This document shows positions 10,856-20,004 of a DNA stretch of 64,000 nt, one piece after another. The stretch's first letter is position 1. Every line of letters starts with the position of its first letter. Below the pieces are notes generated by a model. The model ran no database searches, was not told where the DNA came from, and saw nothing but the letters and a program-made list of their open reading frames with translations. The DNA is from an uncultured Gammaproteobacteria bacterium (lineage in GTDB: Bacteria > Patescibacteriota > Patescibacteriia > Magasanikbacterales > GWA2-37-8), in NCBI GenBank assembly GCA_964533715.1, contig CAZHNI010000001.1:5514-69513 (forward strand), read 5' to 3'. The translations under genes and the position numbers were made by a program.

Positions 10856-12151
10856 ATGCCAAAAATACATAAGCGTAAAAAAAATACTGTACATAAAAAG
10901 TCGGCTCCCAAAAAGCCTAAAAAAGCTTTTAAACCAAGCCGCAAGATAACGGCTAAAAAAAGCCATATTTCGGCCCGTCACTCTAAAGCACTCAAAAAAG
11001 CCAAGCATTTTTTTATTTCGAAAAATAAGAAAAATATTCAGCCAGTAGAGGAGGTTGAAGAGCCGACAACAGCCCAATTGTGGGAGCTTGTTAAGAAGGG
11101 GCGTAATCGCGGTTTTATTACGGAAATTGAATTATTGCAGTTTTTACCTCGACCCGAGCATTATTTGGATTTATATGAAGGATTTGTTGAACTTTTAGAA
11201 AAAAATGGTGTTACTGTTGTTGAAACTGCCCCAAGTTTACTTGGTGGAAAAATACAGAATCAAGATGTTTTAAAACAATTTCAAGGAGCACAGCCGGACA
11301 TGGATGTGCCGTTTGATCTTGGCCAAATTTCATCCGATTCAATTCAAATGTATTTGCGTGAAATTGGTAAAATTCCGCTTTTGTCTGGTGAAGAAGAAGT
11401 GGCTCTCGCTAAACGTAAAGAGCGTAACGACAAAGCCGCCGAACGCAAACTCATTGAGGCTAATCTTCGTTTGGTGGTATCAATTGCTAAAAAATTTGTA
11501 GGCAAAACACTATCGCTTCTCGACCTCATTCAAGAAGGAAATATTGGTTTATTCCGGGCGGTTAAAAAGTTTGATTATCGCAAAGGATATAAATTTTCTA
11601 CATATGCCACCTGGTGGATTCGGCAGGCGATAACTCGCGCTTTGGCCGACCAATCACGCACGATTCGTATTCCGGTCCACATGGTAGAAACGATCAATCG
11701 TTTCCAGCAAGTTCAACGTCGTCTCCAGCAAGATTTGGGACGTGACCCAACCCCAGAAGAATTGGCCGCTGAGCTTGGTGAAGAAGTGGATAAAATTTAT
11801 CACATTATTAAAATTTCCCAGGATACCATGTCCTTGGAAGTGCCAATTGGCGATGAGGACGAAGAGACACAGCTATCTGATTTTATTGAGGACGTTAAGA
11901 ATGTGTCTCCAGATCGTTCTGCCGCCCTTCAGATATTGCGAGATTATGTTCAACATGCCATTAAAGACTTAACACCACGTGAACAAAAGATTTTAGAAAT
12001 GCGCTTTGGTTTATCGGATGGAGTAACTCATACACTTGAAGAAGTGGGGCAAGAGTTTGGGGTGACGCGTGAGCGTATTCGGCAGATTGAAGCCAAAGCC
12101 CTTGAGAAAATTCAACAAACCGATATCGTTAGCAAATTGAGAGACTATTAG
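10856..12151 (+). CDS. rpoD: Primary sigma-70 factor with Lys-rich N-terminal extension
   Basis: [47 protein letters not shown]; follows dnaG. Confidence 0.95.
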   Translation: MPKIHKRKKNTVHKKSAPKKPKKAFKPSRKITAKKSHISARHSKALKKAKHFFISKNKKNIQPVEEVEEPTTAQLWELVKKGRNRGFITEIELLQFLPRPEHYLDLYEGFVELLEKNGVTVVETAPSLLGGKIQNQDVLKQFQGAQPDMDVPFDLGQISSDSIQMYLREIGKIPLLSGEEEVALAKRKERNDKAAERKLIEANLRLVVSIAKKFVGKTLSLLDLIQEGNIGLFRAVKKFDYRKGYKFSTYATWWIRQAITRALADQSRTIRIPVHMVETINRFQQVQRRLQQDLGRDPTPEELAAELGEEVDKIYHIIKISQDTMSLEVPIGDEDEETQLSDFIEDVKNVSPDRSAALQILRDYVQHAIKDLTPREQKILEMRFGLSDGVTHTLEEVGQEFGVTRERIRQIEAKALEKIQQTDIVSKLRDY

Positions 12152-12222
12152 TAGAAGTATTTGATTTTGGACGATCTGCTTTTCCAGGTAGAAATTGCGT
12201 GGTGTGATTTTTGCTAAATCAT

Positions 12223-13293
12223 ATGAAAATTGTTTTTTCCGGGGGCGGAACACTGGGGCCTGTTACCCCACTTTTAGCAATTTATGAAGCATTATTAGCG
12301 GCGTATCCAGATGCACATTTTGTTTGGGTTGGAACTAAAAATGGACCAGAGAAAGAAATAGTAGAAAAAGTTGGTATATCTTTTTTTACAATTGGGGCAG
12401 GAAAATGGCGTCGCTATATTTCATTTTGGAACATCACTGACCTTATAAAAATTGGCATTGCTTTCTGGCAGTCATTTTTTTTTATTATTAAAGAGCGGCC
12501 GGATATTTTAATTTCGGCTGGTGGTTTTGTTAGCGTTCCTTTACATCTAGCGGGTGCGTGTCTGGGTGTACCTTCGTGGGTACACCAACAAGATATCTAT
12601 CCCGGTTTAGCAAACAAACTTATGTTTCCGTTTGCTAAAAGAATAACTACTGCCCTTAAAGAAACCGCCATTTTGCTCAAAAAAAAACGAGCCGAGTGGA
12701 TTGGGAACCCGTCGCGAGATCTTTCGGTTGTTTCCAGGGATGATTCAAGAAAGAGGCTCGGCATTCCGCCGGGTGTACCGGTTATTTTTGCACTGGGTGG
12801 TGGTACCGGATCTACGAGCATTAATAATATTGTTATTGAGGCGCTTCCGCATTGGCCTCGTGATTGGCATATTATTCATCTGGTGGGGAAAGAACGTCCG
12901 CAGGATTTTGCTAAACGCGCAATGGACACTTTTTCCAATTATCACGTTTATCCTTTTTTTATAGACGAGATGAAAGACGCGTACGCCGCCTCTACCGTAG
13001 TAATTTCTCGAGCAGGTTTTGGAACGTTAACCGAACTAGCGGCACTGTCAAAACCCGCAGTTATTTTGCCGATGTTTGATACGCATCAGGAAGATAATGC
13101 TAGATATTTTTTTGAGCGTGGTGGCATTGTTATGCTTGAGAAAGGCGAGAGTAACGGTTTAAAATTAGCGCATATTATTTCAGAAATTATGTATAATACA
13201 CATATGAGAGATAATTTAGGCCGAACGCTTCATGCTATTTTGCCAATTGTCTCGCGGGAAAAAATTGTGGCTATTTTTGATAGCATTGTATAG
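12223..13293 (+). CDS. murG: Lipid I N-acetylglucosaminyl transferase
   Basis: GGGTLGPV, GGFVSVP, SRAGFGTLTE, HQEDNA. Confidence 0.9.
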   Translation: MKIVFSGGGTLGPVTPLLAIYEALLAAYPDAHFVWVGTKNGPEKEIVEKVGISFFTIGAGKWRRYISFWNITDLIKIGIAFWQSFFFIIKERPDILISAGGFVSVPLHLAGACLGVPSWVHQQDIYPGLANKLMFPFAKRITTALKETAILLKKKRAEWIGNPSRDLSVVSRDDSRKRLGIPPGVPVIFALGGGTGSTSINNIVIEALPHWPRDWHIIHLVGKERPQDFAKRAMDTFSNYHVYPFFIDEMKDAYAASTVVISRAGFGTLTELAALSKPAVILPMFDTHQEDNARYFFERGGIVMLEKGESNGLKLAHIISEIMYNTHMRDNLGRTLHAILPIVSREKIVAIFDSIV

Positions 13294-13305
13294 AGTTTGT
13301 TTTTT

Positions 13306-13905
13306 ATGGAAGCAACTATTTTTTCAATCTTTACTTGGATTTCTCCGTTTAAATATTTTTTATTATTTGCTCTAGCTGTTATAGAAGGCCCATTTACCAT
13401 GACCATATCTGGTTTTTTGCTCAGACTCGGTTATATTGGATTCGTTCCTACATATGCTGTTTTAGTGACCGGTGATTTATTGGGGGACACTATGTGGTAC
13501 ACATTGGGGTATTATTGGGCTCGTCCTTTTATTAATCGTTTTGGAAAATATTTTGGAATAACTGATTCTCTTATTAAAAAAACTGAAAATTTGTTTGGAA
13601 GTCATCAATCCAAGATTATTTTTTTTTCTAAAATTACCATGGGATTTGGTTTTGCTCTTTTAGTGCTTATGACCGCTGGCATGATTCGAATTAAACTTAA
13701 AAAATTTATTGCTATGAATGCTCTAGGCGAATTAATCTGGCTGTCGACTCTTCTTTCAGTTGGATATTTTTTTGGCACTATGTACATTACTGTTAATCAA
13801 GATATTCGAATTATTTCGCTTGTTGCCGGTGGGGTATTTTTTGCTTTGTGCCTTTTTCAATTTGCGCGTTATATTCGAGGTCGAGTTTTTTCTAATAAAA
13901 TATGA
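13306..13905 (+). CDS. DedA family membrane protein
   Basis: IEGP..., GDLLGDTMWYTLG, multiple TM segments. Confidence 0.85.
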   Translation: MEATIFSIFTWISPFKYFLLFALAVIEGPFTMTISGFLLRLGYIGFVPTYAVLVTGDLLGDTMWYTLGYYWARPFINRFGKYFGITDSLIKKTENLFGSHQSKIIFFSKITMGFGFALLVLMTAGMIRIKLKKFIAMNALGELIWLSTLLSVGYFFGTMYITVNQDIRIISLVAGGVFFALCLFQFARYIRGRVFSNKI

Positions 13906-14627
13906 TCTCTATAATTATTCCTACTCTTAATGAGGAGTCTACAATTGAGCACTTGTTGCTACAGTTGCGCCAGGGAATGGGGAATTTAGAGTATGAAATT
14001 ATTGTTTCTGATGGTAACAGCAAAGACAAAACAGTTATTAAAGCAAAGTCATTGGCCGACACTGTTCTTGTTCACACTTTGCCACATCGGCAAACTATTG
14101 CCCAAGCAAAAAATTATGGCGCCGCTCACGCTCATGGTAATTTTTTTGTTTTTATGGATGCCGATACAAGTATAGAAAATGCAAATATTTTTTTTAATAA
14201 AGCGCTTGCTGTTTTTAAAAATTTTCCAGCTATAAATGCACTCACGGCTTCCTTAAGAGTTAAACCAGAATTGGCCACGAGGCGGGACATATTTTTTTCG
14301 GCGGTAGTTAATTTTGTTCATTGGATTCTCAATAATGTTTTTGGTTTTGGTAGTGGTTCGGGCGAATTTCAAATGGTACGGGCCGAAAGTTTTAAGGCAG
14401 TTGGTGGGTATCGTGAAGATTTAGCAGTAACCGAAGACAATGACTTGTTTTGGCGTCTTGCCAAACATGGTAAAACCTATTATGATGGTTCGTTAGTAGT
14501 GTTCCACAGTGGACGACGAGCGCATAAGATGGGTTGGCTTCGGCTTTTATTTTTATGGTTTATTAATGGTTTTACCGTTCTTATTTTTAAACGATCGGTT
14601 AGCAGTGAGTGGAAACCAATTAGATAA
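13902..14627 (+). CDS. Glycosyltransferase family 2
   Basis: ISIIIPTLNEE, DGNSKDKT, FMDADT, EDNDL. Confidence 0.9.
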   Translation: MISIIIPTLNEESTIEHLLLQLRQGMGNLEYEIIVSDGNSKDKTVIKAKSLADTVLVHTLPHRQTIAQAKNYGAAHAHGNFFVFMDADTSIENANIFFNKALAVFKNFPAINALTASLRVKPELATRRDIFFSAVVNFVHWILNNVFGFGSGSGEFQMVRAESFKAVGGYREDLAVTEDNDLFWRLAKHGKTYYDGSLVVFHSGRRAHKMGWLRLLFLWFINGFTVLIFKRSVSSEWKPIR

Positions 14628-14632
14628 AAAAT

Positions 14633-15391
14633 ATGAAAGTAAGCTTTGTAATTCCAGCTTTTAATGAAGAAAAATATATTGGTAAATGTTTGGATTCAAT
14701 TACGCCTCTCCTTAATAGTAAGTCCATTGATTGTGAAGTGATTGTGGTTAACAACGCGAGTACCGACAAAACTCGCGATGTTGTGTTGCAATACCCCGTT
14801 ACATTAGTTGACGAACCTCAAAAAGGACTGGCACGAGCCCGTCAAGCTGGTTTTATGGTGGCTAAGGGCGATCTTATTGCCAATGTGGATGCTGACACTG
14901 TTTTAACGTCCGAGTGGATAAAAACAGTTTTGGAAACGTTTGATAGTAATAGAGATTTAGTGGCTTTAAGCGGACCGCAGATTTTTTATGACGTTCCAAA
15001 GAGTGTAAATTATTGGGCTTTTATTTTTTATGGTATCAGTTGGTTTACACACCTTGCTAATAGGTTTTTTTGGCACACTGGTTCAGTGTTGCAAGGTGGA
15101 AATTTTGTTGTTCGACGGTCGGCACTGGAAAAAATAGGCGGTTTTAATCCACAGTTTACTTTTTATGGAGAGGATGCCGACGTGGCGCGGCGTTTAAATA
15201 AGGTGGGGGAGGTACAATTTACTTTTAAGCTTCCAATTTATGCTTCCGGCAGGCGCGTTATGAAAGAAGGTAAATTTACCATGGCAGGCCGATATTTTGT
15301 AAATTATGTATGGACAAATTTATTTAAAAAACCATTTACTACAAAATCAGAAGATATTCGTGTAGAGACTAAAGTGGGTACGAAATTTTAA
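14633..15391 (+). CDS. Glycosyltransferase family 2
   Basis: VSFVIPAFNEE, NNASTDKT, VDADT, YGEDAD. Confidence 0.9.
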   Translation: MKVSFVIPAFNEEKYIGKCLDSITPLLNSKSIDCEVIVVNNASTDKTRDVVLQYPVTLVDEPQKGLARARQAGFMVAKGDLIANVDADTVLTSEWIKTVLETFDSNRDLVALSGPQIFYDVPKSVNYWAFIFYGISWFTHLANRFFWHTGSVLQGGNFVVRRSALEKIGGFNPQFTFYGEDADVARRLNKVGEVQFTFKLPIYASGRRVMKEGKFTMAGRYFVNYVWTNLFKKPFTTKSEDIRVETKVGTKF

Positions 15392-15423
15392 TATATTGTA
15401 AATTTGTTTTTTTCTTCTTACTT

Positions 15424-15457
15424 AAAATAAAATGCCGCCTTACGGCGGACATTTATT
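15424..15457 (-). terminator. Intrinsic terminator downstream of the tRNA-Lys locus
   Basis: CCGCC-GTAA-GGCGG hairpin followed by T-rich tail on the - strand. Confidence 0.7.
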
Positions 15458-15667
15458 GGTGGGTCGGCCGGGGATCGGCTTCACCTCTCGTTCGCTTCCG
15501 CTCACTCGGGTTAGCCACCGCCTCGCCGTCGCGCTCACCACAAAACTCGCGCGACATGGCTCCGGCGTTCGATCCCAGCATGCGACCAAAACTATTTGGT
15601 CGCTCTTCCCACAAAACAAAAAACTCCTCATCGGAGTTATTTTGTTTTGTGGGTCGGCCGGGGATCG
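15457..15667 (-). mobile_element. 190-bp non-coding insertion in the tRNA-Lys 3' end bounded by 19-bp direct repeats
   Basis: GTGGGTCGGCCGGGGATCG at 15459-15477 and 15649-15667; distal copy ends in ACCA on the - strand. Confidence 0.75.
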
Positions 15668-15722
15668 AACCCGGGACCTTATCCTTAAAAGGGATCTGCT
15701 CTACCAGCTGAGCTACCGACCC
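15650..15722 (-). tRNA. tRNA-Lys(TTT)
   Basis: Reverse complement GGGTCGGTAGCTCAGCTGGTAGAGCAGATCC-CTTTTAA-GGATAAGGTCCCGGGTTCGATCCCCGGCCGACCCA. Confidence 0.95.
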
Positions 15723-15908
15723 AAAAGTATTTGTTTTTGGGCTATCCCGATTTTGCGTCGTAGCAAAATCGAGGATCCGCGATTCAGCCGAAACTGAATC
15801 GGGACCGACCAAATTATAGACTTTTGACCATTTACATGATACACTAACTCAATAAACAAATCAAGAGGTTATTCACATTCTTGGTTATTTTGTGTTAATT
15901 TTATACTT

Positions 15909-16481
15909 ATGCTTAGCAAAAAATATTTTGCAAAACTTAGAACAGAATTGCTCAGTTACGCCGAAAAACGTCGTGAGGTGATTAAGGTGGCAGGGGACGC
16001 TCAGCATCATGCCAAACGAGCTATTTTTGCCCTCCAGCGTGGTGGAGTAAAAGACGCTAAAGAATCACTTGATGCCGCCGAAATGCTTTTACTCACTCTT
16101 CGTAAAAAATTTAATAAAGACCAAGCCTTGTTTGACGAAGGGTCATTCCGTGCGGCGCTTGAAGAATACACTGAGGCTTTTTTGTTTCGGCAGTTTTTAG
16201 ATGGTTCACAGCTTGGCGAAATTGACATTTTGCCTATTGACTCTGATATTTATATTGGTGGTTTGGCCGATGTACCTGGCGAAATTGTTCGGTATGCTAT
16301 GAAATCCGCTACCGAACGTAATTTTGCCGAGGTAAAAAGAGCATACGGGGTGGCCGAAGAAATTATTGGCGAAATGATAACAATGGATTTAACCGGTTAT
16401 AACCGTCAAAAGTTTGATCAAGCTAAACAAGCTTTAGGAAAATTACAACAAATTGTGTACGAAATAAGTTTAAAAAATTAA
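15909..16481 (+). CDS. Translin/TRAX (C3PO) family protein
   Basis: KRREVIK..AKRAIFALQR, LEEYTEA, YIGGLADVPGEIVR, RQKFD match the translin helical-repeat signature. Confidence 0.8.
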   Translation: MLSKKYFAKLRTELLSYAEKRREVIKVAGDAQHHAKRAIFALQRGGVKDAKESLDAAEMLLLTLRKKFNKDQALFDEGSFRAALEEYTEAFLFRQFLDGSQLGEIDILPIDSDIYIGGLADVPGEIVRYAMKSATERNFAEVKRAYGVAEEIIGEMITMDLTGYNRQKFDQAKQALGKLQQIVYEISLKN

Positions 16482-16496
16482 CATAATAACCGCTTT

Positions 16497-17816
16497 GTGT
16501 TGCTACAAAAATTAAAATCACTCCGCCATCTTTTTTTAGCATGGCTTATGTATTGGCGCTACGGGCGACCAGCGCGAAATCTTATTGTTATAGGGGTTAC
16601 GGGAACCAAAGGTAAATCAACGACCTGTCGTCTTATTGCTTCAGTTCTGGAAGCGGGAGGAAATAAAGTGGGCATGCTCACAACGGTTGAATTTCAGATT
16701 GCAGAAAAACGCTGGATGAACGATCGGAAAATGACTATGCTCGGCCGTGGTGAAATTCAAAAAATGTTACGCGATATGGTGCGCGCCGGGTGCCGCTACG
16801 CAGTTGTTGAAACTTCTTCGGAAGGTATTTTACAATATCGCCATTACGGCTTGCATTATGATGTGGCAGTTTTTACTAATCTTGGAACGGAACATTCCGA
16901 ACGGCATGGTGGTTTTGAAAATTTAAAAAAAGATAAAGGAAAATTATTTCGAGCTTTACAGTACTATCCAAAAAAACAAATTGGTGGAAAAGTAATTGAA
17001 AAAAGTATTGTCGCAAATACCGATGACCCTTCAGCAGATTATTTTTTACAATTTCCGGCCGATACAAAAATCGGTTATTGTTTAAAAAATGGGCAGGGAG
17101 TTTCTGGCGTACGGAGTGAATGTGGGAAAATTATTTCTGTTCTGGAACGACAAACCATATTTCAGTCTAATGGTGAAAATTATACTCTTAATATTCCTGG
17201 TGAATTTAATGTCTATAATGCGCTGGCTGCCATTTCCGTTGGAAAGTTATTTGGCCTTAGCCAGGAGCAAATTGGCACCGGTTTAAAAAATGTCTCAAAT
17301 GTTGCAGGAAGAATGGAATTTGTTGAAGTTGGGCAACCGTTTAAAGCAATTGTAGATTACGCGCACGAACCGCTTAGCCTAACAGCTCTTTTTACAACAC
17401 TCCGCCAAATGGTTAAACCGAACAATGGTAAAATAATTTCAGTTATTGGATCTGATGGGGGTGGAAGAGATGTTAAAAAAAGAAGTAAAATGGGGGCAAT
17501 TGCCGGGCAGCTTTGCGATTATGTTGTAATTAGTGATGTAAATTGTTTTGATGAAGATCCAAAAAATATTGCTGAGATGTTGGCGAGTGGTGCCAGAGAA
17601 TTTGGTAAAAAAGATGGTGTTAATTTGTTTGTGGTAGTTGATAGGAGGGCAGGGTTTGCTAAAGCTGTTTCTTTGGCCCGTCCGGGGGATGTTGTGGTGG
17701 TAACTGCCAAGGGCACTGAGCCGGTTTTGTGTATTGCCAATGGCGTAAAAATTCCATGGGATGATAGAAAAGTTCTTAAAGAAGAGCTTCTCAAATTGTC
17801 TAAAAGAAGTAGTTAA
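16497..17816 (+). CDS. murE: UDP-N-acetylmuramyl-tripeptide synthetase
   Basis: GVTGTKGKSTT, VETSSEG, AVFTNL, FNVYNALAA, VDYAHEP. Confidence 0.9.
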   Translation: MLLQKLKSLRHLFLAWLMYWRYGRPARNLIVIGVTGTKGKSTTCRLIASVLEAGGNKVGMLTTVEFQIAEKRWMNDRKMTMLGRGEIQKMLRDMVRAGCRYAVVETSSEGILQYRHYGLHYDVAVFTNLGTEHSERHGGFENLKKDKGKLFRALQYYPKKQIGGKVIEKSIVANTDDPSADYFLQFPADTKIGYCLKNGQGVSGVRSECGKIISVLERQTIFQSNGENYTLNIPGEFNVYNALAAISVGKLFGLSQEQIGTGLKNVSNVAGRMEFVEVGQPFKAIVDYAHEPLSLTALFTTLRQMVKPNNGKIISVIGSDGGGRDVKKRSKMGAIAGQLCDYVVISDVNCFDEDPKNIAEMLASGAREFGKKDGVNLFVVVDRRAGFAKAVSLARPGDVVVVTAKGTEPVLCIANGVKIPWDDRKVLKEELLKLSKRSS

Positions 17817-17819
17817 TAT

Positions 17820-18242
17820 ATGCGGGCTTACCCAGACCGTAATGGTAAAAGTTTTTTTGGATCGCAATTATTTGTGGTTATTGGCGCAGCCGTTTGTCTT
17901 TTATTGTTAATTGCAGTAAGTCGCACTTATTATCAAAATTATCGAATTAAGATGGAAATTGCAGATTTAAAAAGTGAAGCCGAAAAATTACAGGGCAAAC
18001 GTCTGCAAACTCTTGAAACTTTACAGTATGTTGAATCCCAAGCCTTTGTTGAAGAAAAAGCCAGAACTGAGCTGAATTTACAAAAAAATGGAGAACAAAC
18101 AGCGATTATTTCCCGCACTAATTCTTTAAATTCAGAATATTCTCATAGACAGGAAAATGTCTCTGTGGTAGAATCAGAAACGATGAGCAATATTAAAAAA
18201 TGGTGGCAATATTTTTTTAATCATCAAGTACAAAATAATTAA
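17820..18242 (+). CDS. Septum formation initiator (FtsB/DivIC family)
   Basis: TM plus coiled coil plus FVEEKARTELNLQKNGE. Confidence 0.8.
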   Translation: MRAYPDRNGKSFFGSQLFVVIGAAVCLLLLIAVSRTYYQNYRIKMEIADLKSEAEKLQGKRLQTLETLQYVESQAFVEEKARTELNLQKNGEQTAIISRTNSLNSEYSHRQENVSVVESETMSNIKKWWQYFFNHQVQNN

Positions 18243-18262
18243 TTTTTTAAAATTATTTTTCT

Positions 18263-19285
18263 ATGGCACAATTGGAAATGTCAGACGTGAGCGAAAAGGC
18301 TCGCCCGGCCAAAGCTAACAAAAATGTCAAATTGTTTGCTGTTGGTTTTGGTGGGTTTTTGGTAGCAGTTTTAATTTTATTTTTTGGTATTGGAATATAT
18401 AGGGCATACGCCAAAACGGCTACTGATATATGGACCGTGACTGCCGCAAAAATTTTGCGTCTTCCAGCAGCGAGTGTTAATGGGCAGCGTATTTTGTATT
18501 CGGATTACGTTGATGATTTACACGCCATTGGAGTTTTGCGAGAGTATACAAAATCTAATGGGGGCGGGGCAGCAGCCTCATTTACCGACGAGCAAATGTC
18601 CGATCAAGTTTTATTTCGTTTAGTTAATAATGTGCTTCTTCAAAATGAGGCTCGTAAATATTCCGTTACCGTTGATGATAAGGATGTTGACCAGCTTAAA
18701 ACACAAATAATGCAGCAATTTAAAACAACCGGCGATATTGACTCAGAATTGGAAAAACGCTATGGATGGAATTTTGCAACCTATGAACGTAAAGTAATGC
18801 GGCCATTTTTACTTCAATCTAAATTATCAGATAAAATTCAAACTGATGAAACTAAACGCCAGGCGATTCGTGAAAAAGCCGAAGTGGTTCTTAAACAGCT
18901 TAAAGCCGGGGCTGATTTTGCACAGTTGGCTGAGCAGTATGGTAGTGATGGCACTGCTGCCAAGGGCGGTGATTTAGGTTGGTTTAAGAAAGGGGACATG
19001 GTGCCTCAATTTGAGGCGGCAGCTTTTGCTCTTAAAAAAGGAGAATTGAGTCCGGATTTAGTAGAATCTCCTTACGGTTACCACATTATTCGAGTAGATG
19101 ACCGTCGTGTGACTACAGCAAAAGACGCGCAGGGTAAATCAACCACCCAGGAAGAGGTTAAGGCTCGTCATATATTATTCTCATTTCCTTCAGTTAATGA
19201 TGAGCTGGATACTATACTTAAACAAGCGCTTGTAAAAGTGTATCTTAAAGTCCACAATCCATTCACCAGCTTGAATACAAAATAA
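18263..19285 (+). CDS. PrsA/SurA-type parvulin peptidyl-prolyl isomerase
   Basis: DFAQLAEQYGSD..KGGDLGWF, MVPQFEAAAF, YGYHIIRV, ARHIL. Confidence 0.9.
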   Translation: MAQLEMSDVSEKARPAKANKNVKLFAVGFGGFLVAVLILFFGIGIYRAYAKTATDIWTVTAAKILRLPAASVNGQRILYSDYVDDLHAIGVLREYTKSNGGGAAASFTDEQMSDQVLFRLVNNVLLQNEARKYSVTVDDKDVDQLKTQIMQQFKTTGDIDSELEKRYGWNFATYERKVMRPFLLQSKLSDKIQTDETKRQAIREKAEVVLKQLKAGADFAQLAEQYGSDGTAAKGGDLGWFKKGDMVPQFEAAAFALKKGELSPDLVESPYGYHIIRVDDRRVTTAKDAQGKSTTQEEVKARHILFSFPSVNDELDTILKQALVKVYLKVHNPFTSLNTK

Positions 19286-19299
19286 TTTTGTGTTAGCAT

Positions 19300-19330
19300 A
19301 GAACAGGCCATAAGCCTGTTCTTTTGTTTT
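19300..19330 (+). terminator. Intrinsic terminator
   Basis: AGAACAGGC-CATAA-GCCTGTTCT followed by TTTGTTTT. Confidence 0.75.
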
Positions 19331-19404
19331 GCGGGTATACTAAGTTATATCCGCGGCGTTCAGAAAAAAATGCTCGAGAGAGCTCGGCATTTTATTCTTC
19401 ACTT

Positions 19405-19475
19405 GCGGGTATAGTATAGTGGTAATATGTAACCTTCCCAAGGTTAAGCGACGGGTTCGATTCCCGTTACCCGCT
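19405..19475 (+). tRNA. tRNA-Gly(CCC), CCA not encoded
   Basis: GCGGGTATAGTATAGTGGTAATATG-TAACC-TTCCCAA-GGTTA-AGCGACGGGTTCGATTCCCGTTACCCGCT. Confidence 0.93.
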
Positions 19476-19793
19476 CATTAAAAATCCCCCGCAGTATGAG
19501 CGAGGGATTTTAGTTGTTTATTTTTTAAGACTCTTTGGTTTCATCCAGTAATTTTTACGACGGAATTTTTTTGTTTTTCGTGCCAAGGAGTGGGCTTTTT
19601 TAGTATTTTTTTTGGCGTGTTTTAAACGAGAGCGCAAGGCTGTGTTCATAAGATGATTATTTAAAAGTTTGGGTATAATAGCAGATTATCTTTAAAAATG
19701 CAAATTTTGCTTAGTCAAGCAAAAACTTTTCATTAAATTTTAAATTATTATTCGAGTAATTTAATTACCTAACCGTTGGTTGATACTCAGAAT

Positions 19794-19848
19794 AGTACAC
19801 CTATAAAGTACACCTATACTTGACACCTGTAACAAATTGGTGTAGGCT
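19794..19848 (+). promoter_or_regulatory. Sigma-70 promoter with tandem direct-repeat operator
   Basis: TTGACA(19820)-N17-TAGGCT(19843); AGTACACCTATA repeated at 19794 and 19807 just upstream of -35. Confidence 0.6.
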
Positions 19849-20004
19849 TGTTTTGCCAAACTCCTGGCTTTTTTTGTTACCCAATTCGCCGCACCGCGCA
19901 TGTGGTGGGTAGGGAACAGGGGAACCACGGAGTTACAACCACGGGCCGCGCACGGCTGCGCGCGCCCACATCCCGCTACGCGAAAGGCGGGAGGAGGATT
20001 GACC

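Noticed and set aside
15432-15812. ORFs 15432..15797, 15440..15631 and 15453..15812
   Set aside because: Chance frames across tRNA-Lys and GC-rich hairpins.
19329-19342. TTGCGGGTATA matching the tRNA-Gly 5' end as an att-like duplication
   Set aside because: Only 11 bp and overlaps a -10-like TATACT; a promoter or chance match explains it.
961-19475. tRNAs lacking encoded CCA as pseudogenes
   Set aside because: Cloverleaves are intact and a CCA-adding enzyme family gene is present at 2168..3631.
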